From assembly GCA_034722955.1 (NCBI GenBank), contig JAYEOM010000030.1, positions 1 through 21,058 on the forward strand: a stretch of DNA of 21,058 nt, given 5' to 3'. Shown here in pieces: positions 11,959 through 20,906 of the stretch. A model generated the notes under the pieces. The model saw only the letters and a list, made by a program, of their open reading frames with translations. It ran no database searches and was not told the DNA's origin. The translations under genes were made by a program, and so were the position numbers. Positions within the stretch are counted from its first letter, which is position 1. Every line of letters begins with the position of its first letter. This DNA is from Campylobacterota bacterium (lineage in GTDB: Bacteria; Campylobacterota; Campylobacteria; Campylobacterales; Sulfurovaceae).

Positions 11959-12503
11959 GACCCTAAATCTAACTCACCAAAAAGTGCCACATTGATAGTT
12001 TGATCAAAAAGCTTATAGAGCTGCAAGAGCTTGATATCACGCAGAGCATCACTACCGCGAAGAGGGAAACTATTTTGCACCTCTTCATCTATCACCCACA
12101 TAAAGTTCTCATCACTGCGATAGACAAACTTAGTATATGGATGATCCCCCCTGCCAATATACCAGATAAAGTAACCATTGGGATAAGAGATATCCAACAT
12201 ATCCTCCAAAAGCTCTATCTCCTGTGTAGAGATAACACTAGAGAAGTTGGGGAAAATTGATCTCAAAAGATAAAACGAAAGAAAGGGACGATTGCTATGA
12301 AGTGAATTGATCTTGGTCGTTACATAATCACCAAACCAATGGTTCTCATCATCAGTCAATATCAATACTGTCTGCCCATCAAGTATCTTGGCTGTAGCAC
12401 TCTGAACCAGAGGTGCCCAGTCGTATCGATACTCCTCCATCCAGCTAAACTCTGACTCATCCCCACGGATCGTCTCTAGTGTCCAGTTAAGTAGCTTCTG
12501 CAT
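11955..12503 (-). CDS. hobA: HobA, DnaA-binding replication initiation regulator
   Basis: WTLETIR...SWMEEYRYDW, FIWYIG, DIKLLQLYKLF; lysC-hobA-holB-folP synteny. Confidence 0.88.
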   Translation of the reverse strand: MQKLLNWTLETIRGDESEFSWMEEYRYDWAPLVQSATAKILDGQTVLILTDDENHWFGDYVTTKINSLHSNRPFLSFYLLRSIFPNFSSVISTQEIELLEDMLDISYPNGYFIWYIGRGDHPYTKFVYRSDENFMWVIDEEVQNSFPLRGSDALRDIKLLQLYKLFDQTINVALFGELDLGS

Positions 12504-12509
12504 AAGTCG

Positions 12510-13715
12510 CTATATATCCAGTTCGTAGACTTCATGAAGTGTTCTGACTGCAAGTTCTCCATATTTTTCAGCGATGATCATAGAGACTTTGATCTCACTC
12601 GTACTGATCATCTCAATATTGATATTGTTTTTTGCCATGATAGAAAAAGCTTTTGCAGCAACTCCACTATGTGACTTCATACCAACACCTACAACTGAAA
12701 CTTTGCAGATACTATCATCAAAATCTATAGTCCCAAAATCATAATCAAATTGAGTGATCACCTCTCTAGCTCTATCCAACTCACTCTCCGGAACAGTAAA
12801 TCCTAGATTGGTTGTACCATCTGCACTGGCATTTTGGATGATCATATCAACATTGATCTGCTCATCAGCTAGGCAGGTAAATATCTCTGCTGCAATTCCC
12901 GGTCTATCAACCACTTGTCTCAGCGTCACTCTGGCTTGATTTTTATCTAGTGCAATACCACTGACTAGTACCTCTTCCATATCTCTACTCTCCTTTGCGA
13001 TAACGGTTCCTTCAGCTTCTGAAAAACTGCTCTTTGCTACGATCTTGACAGACAACTTTTTAGCCAACTCAACTGAACGGCTCTGTAGTACTTTAGCTCC
13101 CAAACTTGCCAACTCAAGCATCTCATCATAAGAGATAAAATCCATCTTTTTTGCTCTTGGCTCTATCCTGGGATCAGTGGTATAGATACCATCTACATCA
13201 CTATATATTTCACAGCTGTCTGCATTCAATGCACCGGCTATCGCTACAGCAGAGAGGTCAGAACCACCTCTGCCAAGTGTCGTTACTCGTCCATGACTAT
13301 TGATACCTTGGAACCCGGCAACGATAATCACTCTGCCATCTTTCAACTCTCTATCCATAGCGGCTGTATCTATAGATTCGATACGGGCATAAGTGTGGTT
13401 GTTGTCTGTTTTGATACCTGCCTGACGACCGGTCATCCCTATAGCGTCCACACCCATCTCTTGCAACGCTATAGAGAGCAGTGCGGATGTCACGCGCTCT
13501 CCAGAGCTCAACAGCATATCCATTTCGCGTCTTGCAGGGGTTTTAGAAAAATGTCCGGCATACTCAACCAGCTTATTGGTCTCTCCGCTCATCGCTGATA
13601 CTACAACTACGATATCGTTACCCTCTTTTTTGGCTTTAGCTACACGATTGGCAACATTTTCAATACGATCTAACCCACCAACACTGGTTCCACCATACTT
13701 CTGCACGATCAACAT
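12510..13715 (-). CDS. lysC: Aspartate kinase
   Basis: VQKYGGTSV, TTLGRGGSD, DVDGIYTTDPR, two ACT domains. Confidence 0.97.
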   Translation of the reverse strand: MLIVQKYGGTSVGGLDRIENVANRVAKAKKEGNDIVVVVSAMSGETNKLVEYAGHFSKTPARREMDMLLSSGERVTSALLSIALQEMGVDAIGMTGRQAGIKTDNNHTYARIESIDTAAMDRELKDGRVIIVAGFQGINSHGRVTTLGRGGSDLSAVAIAGALNADSCEIYSDVDGIYTTDPRIEPRAKKMDFISYDEMLELASLGAKVLQSRSVELAKKLSVKIVAKSSFSEAEGTVIAKESRDMEEVLVSGIALDKNQARVTLRQVVDRPGIAAEIFTCLADEQINVDMIIQNASADGTTNLGFTVPESELDRAREVITQFDYDFGTIDFDDSICKVSVVGVGMKSHSGVAAKAFSIMAKNNINIEMISTSEIKVSMIIAEKYGELAVRTLHEVYELDI

Positions 13716-14189
13716 TTAAATAAATCCTTCTTTTATAAAATAGTCCATCACTCTACGATAAGGTTTACGCTTAAAATAGGTGATTCTGTCAAATAAATCT
13801 TCGTATGCTACAAAGTCATACTCTTCAAACTCTGGAATCTCAAATGCTTGTAGATCGATCTGGGCACCACTCTTGAGACGAACCAAAAAATACTTCTGCG
13901 TCTGCCCTTTGAAAGGGTACATTTTTTTGGATATCACATTTGGGAAGTCATAAGTGACCCACTCCGGATACTCTGCAATGATCTCTACATCACTGCAACC
14001 GATCTCCTCTTGGAGCTCTCTATAGAGAGCTATTTCGGGTGTCTCACCCTCATCGATACCACCCTGAGGGAACTGCCAAGCGTTTCTAATGTCACTTCTA
14101 TGTGCGATAAAAAATTCGCATCTTTCCGGATATTTTGAAGAGAGTATAACAGCTGAAACATTTGGGCGATACCCCTCTCTTTTCTGCAT
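13716..14189 (-). CDS. rppH: RNA pyrophosphohydrolase RppH (Nudix)
   Basis: YRPNV, WQFPQGGIDEGETPEIALYRELQEEIG Nudix box, GQTQKYF. Start placed at ATG 14189 (MQKREG) because the longer ORF start overlaps the divergent gene. Confidence 0.93.
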   Translation of the reverse strand: MQKREGYRPNVSAVILSSKYPERCEFFIAHRSDIRNAWQFPQGGIDEGETPEIALYRELQEEIGCSDVEIIAEYPEWVTYDFPNVISKKMYPFKGQTQKYFLVRLKSGAQIDLQAFEIPEFEEYDFVAYEDLFDRITYFKRKPYRRVMDYFIKEGFI

Positions 14190-14292
14190 CTCTATTACTC
14201 TTCCTAAATTTTTAAACATAAAGGTACTCATGTTTATTTCTGCTATTATTTTATCTAAAATGGGATTATAACCATTTGAAATGAAGGACAAA

Positions 14293-15348
14293 ATGCTTCT
14301 CTATATTCATATTCCCTATTGTGATTCCAAATGTCACTACTGTAGTTTTAACTCCTATGTTGATAAATTTGATACACGAATATCTTATATGCTTGCACTC
14401 TACAAACAGTTACTATTTGAACTAAAACGCTTTGATCTGAAGTACCATTCACTCGATACTGTTTTTATAGGCGGGGGAACCCCTTCTACCATCTCAGCTG
14501 ATCTCTACTCTCCTATTTTTGAACTGCTATACCCCTATCTCAAGAGTGATGCTGAGATCACCACTGAAGCCAATCCAAACTCCGCAAGCCCGAAGTGGCT
14601 CAAGGGTATGAGAGCATTAGGAGTCAACAGGGTTAGCTTTGGTGTCCAGAGTTTCGATAGCAACAAACTCAAAGCACTCAACAGAGCTCACTCTCCGCAA
14701 GAAGCACTCCAAGCTATAAAAAGTGCCAAATCATTGGGTATACAACATATCTCACTAGACCTTATCTATAACTATCAAGGTGACAACAGAGAGATAATCC
14801 TCAATGATATAGAGCAAGCTCTATTGCTGCCTATAGATCATATCTCTGCTTATGAGTTGACTATCGAAGAGAATACTATCTTTGCCAAAACACCGGAAGT
14901 TCAACAAAAGAGTGATGAATTGGCACATTTTGTCGCCAAAGAGATCAAAGATAGAGGTTTTGAACACTATGAAATATCCAACTTCGGAACTTATCAGAGT
15001 AGACACAACAGAGGCTACTGGAGACTAGAGAACTATATAGGTGCAGGTGCAGGTGCCGTAGGTTTCCTAGGAGATATACGCTACTATCCACAAACAGACA
15101 TAGATGACTATATAGCAGATCCACTAAAAATAGGCAGAGAGATATTAAGCAGAAAGGATATCTTAACAGAGAGGATATTTTTAGGGCTTCGCAGCACTGT
15201 CGGTGTCAAAAAAGAGCTCCTCTCAACAGAAGCACAGAAGAGAGCTGATTGGCTTGTCAACAGAGAGAAACTAAACTTTGATGGTTCAACCTATCAAAAT
15301 CCGAACCTCTTCTTAGCAGATGAAGTTGCACTCTATTTGATTGATTAA
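14293..15348 (+). CDS. hemW: Radical SAM heme chaperone HemW (HemN-like)
   Basis: LYIHIPYCDSKCHYC (CxxxCxxC), GGGTPS, YEISNF, HNRGYW. AAGGA RBS precedes ATG 14293; an alternative ATG is at 14281. Confidence 0.9.
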   Translation: MLLYIHIPYCDSKCHYCSFNSYVDKFDTRISYMLALYKQLLFELKRFDLKYHSLDTVFIGGGTPSTISADLYSPIFELLYPYLKSDAEITTEANPNSASPKWLKGMRALGVNRVSFGVQSFDSNKLKALNRAHSPQEALQAIKSAKSLGIQHISLDLIYNYQGDNREIILNDIEQALLLPIDHISAYELTIEENTIFAKTPEVQQKSDELAHFVAKEIKDRGFEHYEISNFGTYQSRHNRGYWRLENYIGAGAGAVGFLGDIRYYPQTDIDDYIADPLKIGREILSRKDILTERIFLGLRSTVGVKKELLSTEAQKRADWLVNREKLNFDGSTYQNPNLFLADEVALYLID

Positions 15349-15427
15349 TAGATGATTTTCTCGCAAATGCACTAGGTGCAATGATAGATGCTAGTTTGGT
15401 AATCTCTATTGCATATTTCGGGATTAA
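15345..15427 (+). repeat. Family B element, single 83-bp TTAA-bounded copy between hemW and tatB
   Basis: Differs from 6992-7073 by 6 substitutions and 1 indel (manual alignment). The left TTAA contains the hemW stop codon. Confidence 0.92.
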
Positions 15428-15473
15428 CCTTTTTTTAGATAAGATACCGATAAATATTATATAAGGGCTACTC

Positions 15474-15887
15474 ATGTTTGGTATGGGTTTTACTGAAATA
15501 CTACTGATCGCTGTGATCGCTATCCTCTTTTTGGGACCAGATAAACTACCTGATGCTATGGTAAAGGTAGCGAAATTTATGAAAAGTGTCAAGAAGGCTA
15601 TTGGTGATGCCAAGAGCAGTCTTGATGAGGAGATGAAGATCTCAGAACTCAAAGAGGAGGCATTGAGCTACAAAAAACAGCTAGATGAAGCCTCAAGTGA
15701 ATTGCAAGGATTTAAAAACATTGGCATCAACCCCATGGATGATATCAACGATGCACTCAATAGTGCCCAGAAGAGTCTCGTAGAGACAGATAAAGATAGA
15801 GTTGCTACTCAGGTGGAACCGAAAAGAGATAGTGTCACATTTGAGAAGAGCAAAAAAGAGAGCCAGAGCAAAGGGGGAGAAGCCTAA
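15474..15887 (+). CDS. tatB: Sec-independent translocase subunit TatB
   Basis: MFGMGFTEILLIAVIAILFLGPDKLP; directly upstream of tatC. Confidence 0.93.
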   Translation: MFGMGFTEILLIAVIAILFLGPDKLPDAMVKVAKFMKSVKKAIGDAKSSLDEEMKISELKEEALSYKKQLDEASSELQGFKNIGINPMDDINDALNSAQKSLVETDKDRVATQVEPKRDSVTFEKSKKESQSKGGEA

Positions 15888-16627
15888 TGTTTGAAGGTAT
15901 CAAACCTCACCTTGTAGAGCTCAGAAAACGCTTAGGGATCTCGGTAGCGACTATCATCGTCTTTGCCTTTATCGCATTTGCATTTAACCAACCCCTCATA
16001 GAGTTTGTCAAAGCACCACTTGTGGGTGTTGTGGATGGTGACCCATTTATCGGTGGTATCGGTATCTTTTTTACAGCCTTGAAGATCTCTATATTTACTG
16101 GTTTTCTTTTTGCTCTGCCTGTGGTCTTCGCACAACTCTGGCTCTTTATAGCTCCGGGATTATATGATAATGAGAAGAAATATATCCTGCCCTTCGCAAG
16201 TATCTCTACTTTTATGTTCCTATTGGGAACAGCATTTGCATACTGGATAGTTATACCTCTAGGCTTTCAGTTCTTGTGGATGTTTGCAGGAAATCTCGTC
16301 AACTTTCTACAAACTCTTGATGAGTATGTGAGTATATTTACCAAGATACTCTTTGGATTTGGTGTAGCATTTGAACTGCCTGTCATCCTCTTCTTTCTAG
16401 GTATGCTGGGACTCATTACAGATAAAAACCTAAAAGATTTCTTTGGTTATGCCGTATTGATCATCTTTGTTTTTGCTGCACTATTGACACCTCCTGATGT
16501 CATTACCCAGCTATTGATGGCAGGTCCGCTTATCTTGCTCTATGGTGTCTCTATTTTGATCGTTCGTATGGTCAACCCTGACAGGTCAGAAGATGATGAG
16601 GATGCAGAGGATGCAGAGAACTCTTAG
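15887..16627 (+). CDS. tatC: Sec-independent translocase subunit TatC
   Basis: HLVELRKRL, QLWLFIAPGLYDNEKK, FELP, LTPPDVITQ. Confidence 0.96.
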   Translation: MFEGIKPHLVELRKRLGISVATIIVFAFIAFAFNQPLIEFVKAPLVGVVDGDPFIGGIGIFFTALKISIFTGFLFALPVVFAQLWLFIAPGLYDNEKKYILPFASISTFMFLLGTAFAYWIVIPLGFQFLWMFAGNLVNFLQTLDEYVSIFTKILFGFGVAFELPVILFFLGMLGLITDKNLKDFFGYAVLIIFVFAALLTPPDVITQLLMAGPLILLYGVSILIVRMVNPDRSEDDEDAEDAENS

Positions 16628-16645
16628 TAGTCTGCGAGATATTAT

Positions 16646-17677
16646 ATGAATCAAGCTTTTGATCCGATGCTGACCTCTAGCTATGACTATCATCTTCCCG
16701 ATAGCTTTATAGCCACAACTCCGATATATCCTAGAGATAGGGCAAAACTGTTGGTTTATGATCGCAAGAGTGATACTATCACACATACTACCTTTAGTAA
16801 ACTTCTGCACCATCTTCCCAGAGAGTGTGATATTATACTCAACGATACGCGTGTCATCAAAGCTAGACTATTTGGCTCCAAGGAGAGTGGTGGCAAGGTA
16901 GAACTACTATTCAACAAGCCTCTCGATGCTACAAGATCTCTAGTTCTGATCAAAGGTCGTGTCAAAGTCGGAACTCTACTCTCATTTGATGAAGAGCTGA
17001 AGGCAACCGTAACAGCACTCAATATAGATGGATCACGAATCGTCACTTTTACCCACTGCGATAGACCCATTCGCTTTGAAGAGCTGGTCTTGGTACTTGA
17101 TGAGATAGGACATATACCGCTACCTCCATATATGCATAGAGAGGATAGAGCAGAAGATGAGAGAGACTATCAGACACTCTTTGCCAAAGAGGCCGGTGCC
17201 GTCGCTGCACCCACTGCTTCCCTGCACTTCACTCCAAAACTTTTTGCAGAACTTGAAGAGAGACACAGAACAGAGAAGATCACACTGCATGTAGGTGCAG
17301 GGACATTCAAGCCTGTAGAGGTAGACCATATCCTCGATCACCCTATGCACTCAGAGTTTTTCCATATCCCTGATAAGACAGCTGCTCTTTTGGATAGCAA
17401 ACGGGATATACTAGCTATCGGGACAACCGTCACAAGAACAGTCGAATACTATGCCAGAACCGGCAAGCGAGATGGAGAGTGTGATCTATTTCTCAATCCA
17501 CACAACCCTCCGCAAAGAGTCAACTATCTTTTGACCAATTTTCACCTACCCAAAAGTACACTCATCATGTTAGTGAGTGCCTTCATAGGCAGAGAGAAGA
17601 CACTTGAACTCTACAGAGAAGCCATCGCTCACAACTATAGATTTTTTAGCTATGGTGATGCGATGTTGATACTATAG
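16646..17677 (+). CDS. queA: S-adenosylmethionine:tRNA ribosyltransferase-isomerase
   Basis: NDTRVIKARL, GHIPLPPY, AVAAPTASLHF, TLHVGAGTF, TNFHLPKSTL, YRFFSYGDAM. Confidence 0.97.
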   Translation: MNQAFDPMLTSSYDYHLPDSFIATTPIYPRDRAKLLVYDRKSDTITHTTFSKLLHHLPRECDIILNDTRVIKARLFGSKESGGKVELLFNKPLDATRSLVLIKGRVKVGTLLSFDEELKATVTALNIDGSRIVTFTHCDRPIRFEELVLVLDEIGHIPLPPYMHREDRAEDERDYQTLFAKEAGAVAAPTASLHFTPKLFAELEERHRTEKITLHVGAGTFKPVEVDHILDHPMHSEFFHIPDKTAALLDSKRDILAIGTTVTRTVEYYARTGKRDGECDLFLNPHNPPQRVNYLLTNFHLPKSTLIMLVSAFIGREKTLELYREAIAHNYRFFSYGDAMLIL

Positions 17678-17684
17678 GACGACA

Positions 17685-17708
17685 ATGATATTGTTGGCAC
17701 TGACCCTT
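17685..17708 (-). repeat. Family A repeat, degenerate copy just after queA
   Basis: + strand ATTGTTGGCACTGACCCTT, i.e. AAGGGTCAGTGCCAACAAT on -. Confidence 0.4.
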
Positions 17709-17776
17709 TTACGCCTTAATTGCCTTAATCTTTTATTTTAGCTTGTTTTTACTTTGGAGGCGGTATTAGTATTGAA

Positions 17777-17800
17777 GGTTGTAGTTGTTACCAGACCCCT
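17777..17800 (-). repeat. Family A repeat (AGGGGTCTGGTAACAACTACAACC on -), followed by a CCCCTTTG stutter
   Basis: GGTTGTAGTTGTTACCAGACCCCT versus AGTTGTTGTTGTTACCTGACCCCT at 20933-20956: 21/24 identical. Confidence 0.85.
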
Positions 17801-17811
17801 TTGCCCCTTTG

Positions 17812-18018
17812 CCCTTGGCGGAGTATTTTTATGGGGATTGGGCGGATATAAAGATCATATTCAATGACAAAGACAACTACTTCATAACAGAACAGGATAA
17901 ACCAACCTACATAATGGACGACTCCAAGAAAAATAACAAAATATACAAAGTCAAAGATGCATTTAATGCAGATGGCTACAGAAACATATATGAAACACAA
18001 GAAACACAAAAAAGTTAA
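17812..18018 (+). pseudogene. mcrB: C-terminal remnant of McrB (AAA+ GTPase subunit of McrBC)
   Basis: PLAEYFYGDWADIKIIF matches the McrB C-terminal PLL.EYFY.DW..I motif. Stop overlaps the mcrC start (TAATG). All GTPase motifs are missing. Confidence 0.75.
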
Positions 18019-19341
18019 TGGAAAATATTACAATATCAGAATATGGCTTTATAGGTTGTGATGGCGTAGATACCAGTGGTGATAAATTTGTGGGTACTAG
18101 AGACTTAGAGCCAAAGCTATTCAAAGAGCTTTATGACTTTTGGCTAGGAGACAAAGAGAGTCAAAAAGTCCTTGATTTTGAAAACAAATACTGCCTAAAA
18201 GCCACGAGTTTTGTAGGAGTCATCCAGACAAAAAATCTGAGCGTAGAGATACTACCAAAGATATACAAAGAGGGTGCAGAGGATACTCATCGCCACATTT
18301 TCATGGAGATGCTCAAGCCACTATTGGATATCAATGAAGTGCAGATAAGCAAAGCAGACCTATCCGTCACCAAAAATAGAAACATCTATGAAGCATTTAT
18401 CACTCTCTTTGTGCAGAGTGTGGGCAAGCTCATACATAGAGGATTGAAATCGCAATATATATCCCAAGAAGAGAACCAATACTTTCTCAAAGGCAAACTC
18501 AAATTTAACGAACATATCAAACAAAACTACATTCACAAAGAGAGATTTTTTGTAGAGTTTGACGAGTACCTGCCTGATAGAGTTGAAAACAAACTTTTGA
18601 AATCCACGATACAACTCCTCCTCAAAAAGACAAACAACTACGACAACAAACGAGCCTTGCGTCAACAGCTATTTATATTTGATGAGGTCTCTCTATCTAG
18701 GAACTACGACACAGATATATCCAAGATAAAGACCCATAGAGGCATGGAGTATTACGAAGCACCCTTGCGATTTGCAAAACTCTTTTTGAAGCACCAGTCA
18801 TTTAGCTCTCTTCGAGGTGGCGACCATGTGTTTGCTCTGCTATTTCCTATGGAGAGTCTTTGAGAAGTATATGGAGTTTGTATTAGAGAACTCCAAAGAA
18901 GAGCTAGGCATAGAAAAAGTTCTCGTAAATGGTGGAAAAAATGAGTATCTACTAAGTAGCGACAAGAGTAACAGTGACAAATGCAAAATGGCAAGACTCC
19001 AACCCGACTATCTACTCAAAATGAAAGAGAAGAAATATATAGTCACAGATGCAAAATGGAAGCTATTTGAACCCAAAGAAGAGGAAAAAAGCGAGTGCAA
19101 AAGTACCAATATATCACCAAACGATGCCTATCAGATATTTGCTTATCTAAACTACTATGACTGCGAAGATACCGCCTGTCTCTTTGTGCCTCAGATGGGT
19201 GGCATGTGTGAAACGACCTTCACATACAATAGACACGATCATATCTCCAATGGTAGAGAGTTCAAGATAAAAATAGTGCCTATAGATTTGGGTGAAACTA
19301 TTGAGAATAAGCATAAATGGGTAAATATAGAGAAAATATAG
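18018..19341 (+). pseudogene. mcrC: McrC-family restriction endonuclease subunit, split by a frameshift at ~18860
   Basis: Frame 1 has FVGVIQ..VEILPKI, LKGKL, DRVENKLLKS, ALLFPME. Frame 2 continues FEKYM ... LQPDY ... DAKWK (PD-(D/E)xK) ... DAYQIFAY. Confidence 0.88.
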
Positions 19342-19378
19342 TATGAGAGTGTTTTGGGAAAATAGGTACTCCGCAAAG

Positions 19379-19402
19379 AGTTGTAGTTGTCGCCCAATCC
19401 CT
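19379..19402 (-). repeat. Family A repeat, variant copy (AGGGATTGGGCGACAACTACAACT on -)
   Basis: Shares GTTGTAGTTGT and the terminal CCCT at the same spacing as 17777-17800. Confidence 0.6.
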
Positions 19403-19423
19403 ATAACTCTAGTTTCTTTAATA

Positions 19424-20059
19424 TCAGATGGGCTTATGCTCTTTGAGCGGTATAAAGTAACCTTTTATACATTGTTCATTGCGGACACAGATTTGAATAT
19501 GAGTTTTATCTAAAAAACCTGCACCTTCATATAGAGGATCTCCCTCTTTAAACATCCCCTTTACAGTATCATAAGGCTGAAGTTCTGAACTATTATCTTG
19601 TATTGTATGTAAAAATTGTATCACAGCACAGTCTAAATTTCTAAAAAGTAAATCATGATTATCTTTAGAATCTTTGTTTTTTGGTAGCTCAAGGTTATTT
19701 TTTAAAGCTTGTTCAGTATACCATGTATGTATCTCTTTTACTCTATTTATTGAAGCTATCTCGGTAAGATTAAGGCAATGAGCCAAATCTATGACTGCTC
19801 CAACAACAGTGATATTTTCATATTCTTTCTTTTTTTCTATTGATGATTTTTCATCTGCATTAACTCTAATTACTTGTTCTTTGATAAATGACATAGCTCT
19901 ATGTGGATCGTTTTCCCAAAAGTACATTCCATGCCCAAGCCAATCATACTCATTGGTGCTTTTTTTAAATGTGGGAGAATCATTACCCAATAATATATCA
20001 GCAACATTTTGGGTACAACCGTGAAAGCCTAAAATGTAGTTACCACTTTTAGAATACAA
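19424..20059 (-). CDS. Hypothetical protein, putative ADP-ribosyltransferase-fold toxin (H-Y clade)
   Basis: GFHGC (H13), WLGHGMYFWE (Y46) and a C-terminal HIQICVRN strand match the motif order of PARP/diphtheria-toxin-like ARTs. Fold assignment is inference. Confidence 0.6.
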   Translation of the reverse strand: MYSKSGNYILGFHGCTQNVADILLGNDSPTFKKSTNEYDWLGHGMYFWENDPHRAMSFIKEQVIRVNADEKSSIEKKKEYENITVVGAVIDLAHCLNLTEIASINRVKEIHTWYTEQALKNNLELPKNKDSKDNHDLLFRNLDCAVIQFLHTIQDNSSELQPYDTVKGMFKEGDPLYEGAGFLDKTHIQICVRNEQCIKGYFIPLKEHKPI

Positions 20060-20065
20060 AATTTA

Positions 20066-20275
20066 TCACCGTCTATAAGAAGATTTTAAATTTCCAGAAG
20101 CATCATAAATCCCAGCCTTTTCAGCCATGTCTATAAAAAAACTTTTGTCGTGTCTATGTCTTTTAAGTATTTCAGAGAAGATATCATCCTCATTTTTAAA
20201 AATACTTGTGGCTTGTGGCTTGTGGCTTTTGCCTGCTTTGGCAGGAATGCTTTTTTCTTTGGCGTTTTCCATCAA
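20066..20275 (-). CDS. Small hypothetical protein, candidate antitoxin
   Basis: 69 aa, AAGGGGG RBS, ends 6 bp before the ART-like gene. Confidence 0.65.
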   Translation of the reverse strand: MMENAKEKSIPAKAGKSHKPQATSIFKNEDDIFSEILKRHRHDKSFFIDMAEKAGIYDASGNLKSSYRR

Positions 20276-20295
20276 TAACCCCTTTTAGTTTTGTT

Positions 20296-20304
20296 AGTAT
20301 AACA
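20296..20304 (-). promoter_or_regulatory. Extended -10 promoter for the 69-aa/211-aa operon
   Basis: TGTTATACT on the - strand, ~20 bp upstream of the start codon. Confidence 0.5.
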
Positions 20305-20430
20305 TATTGCAAGTAAAGGCATAATTGCCATGACGCATATCGATGTTCATTGAGATCTTTTTGTATGCTTCTAGGCGTGACCTCATTTCATGTTATCAAA
20401 ACAAACAGACATAAAGTTGTCATTATAAAA

Positions 20431-20439
20431 TGCTATACT
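20431..20439 (+). promoter_or_regulatory. Extended -10 promoter for CDS 20526
   Basis: TGCTATACT preceded by AT-rich sequence; implies a ~80-nt leader. Confidence 0.5.
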
Positions 20440-20525
20440 TTCATACTAAGAGTGTTTCGATAGCACACTTCACGACTGACTTGGTTCAAACTCCACTAAC
20501 GAGAAAAAATTGAAAGTAGGTAAAG

Positions 20526-20906
20526 ATGGAAAATAAAAAGATTTTAGATGAGAGAGTAGATTGTTTGAAGTGGGTTGAGCCTACTTTTCCACCGAGGGTT
20601 GTCGAGAGGGAGGTTGTTTTTTCTCTTATGAGATACGGTCAAGCATCTATGCATGGTCATGCATTGTATTTTGTCAATGGTAGTGATGAGGTATTGGATG
20701 TCGTTTCTAGTGATATTGGTGGATTTACAGGTGATCTGCTCACAGATGACAATCCCTCTTTTTTGTACAAAAGCGTATTGCCACATCAGAGTGTCAAAGT
20801 CGAAGAGTATGATGGCTATTATGATTTGGATTATGTATTGGGGCTTGATCTCTATATAGAGTCAAAGAGATATGGCAAGATCAAGATAGTAGAAACTAAA
20901 AACTAG
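20526..20906 (+). CDS. Hypothetical protein, possibly 3'-truncated by the palindrome
   Basis: 126-aa ORF whose TAG stop (20904-20906) lies inside the palindrome arm. Confidence 0.65.
   Translation: MENKKILDERVDCLKWVEPTFPPRVVEREVVFSLMRYGQASMHGHALYFVNGSDEVLDVVSSDIGGFTGDLLTDDNPSFLYKSVLPHQSVKVEEYDGYYDLDYVLGLDLYIESKRYGKIKIVETKN

Noticed and set aside
14190..14291. 34-aa N-terminal extension of RppH given in the ORF track
   Set aside because: It spans the divergent promoter region and overlaps the hemW ORF start. Family similarity begins at MQKREGYRPNV.
17785..17811. TTG start giving a 77-aa standalone protein MLPDPFAP...
   Set aside because: These codons are the family A repeat and its stutter; the rest is an McrB tail.
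20293..20385. 30-codon - strand ORF (MRSRLEAYKKISMNIDMRHGNYAFT...) as a third gene of the ART module
   Set aside because: Too short, no clear RBS, and it runs through the predicted promoter.
20482..20495. GGTTCAAACTCC as a tRNA T-arm
   Set aside because: No acceptor, D or anticodon stems can be built around it.
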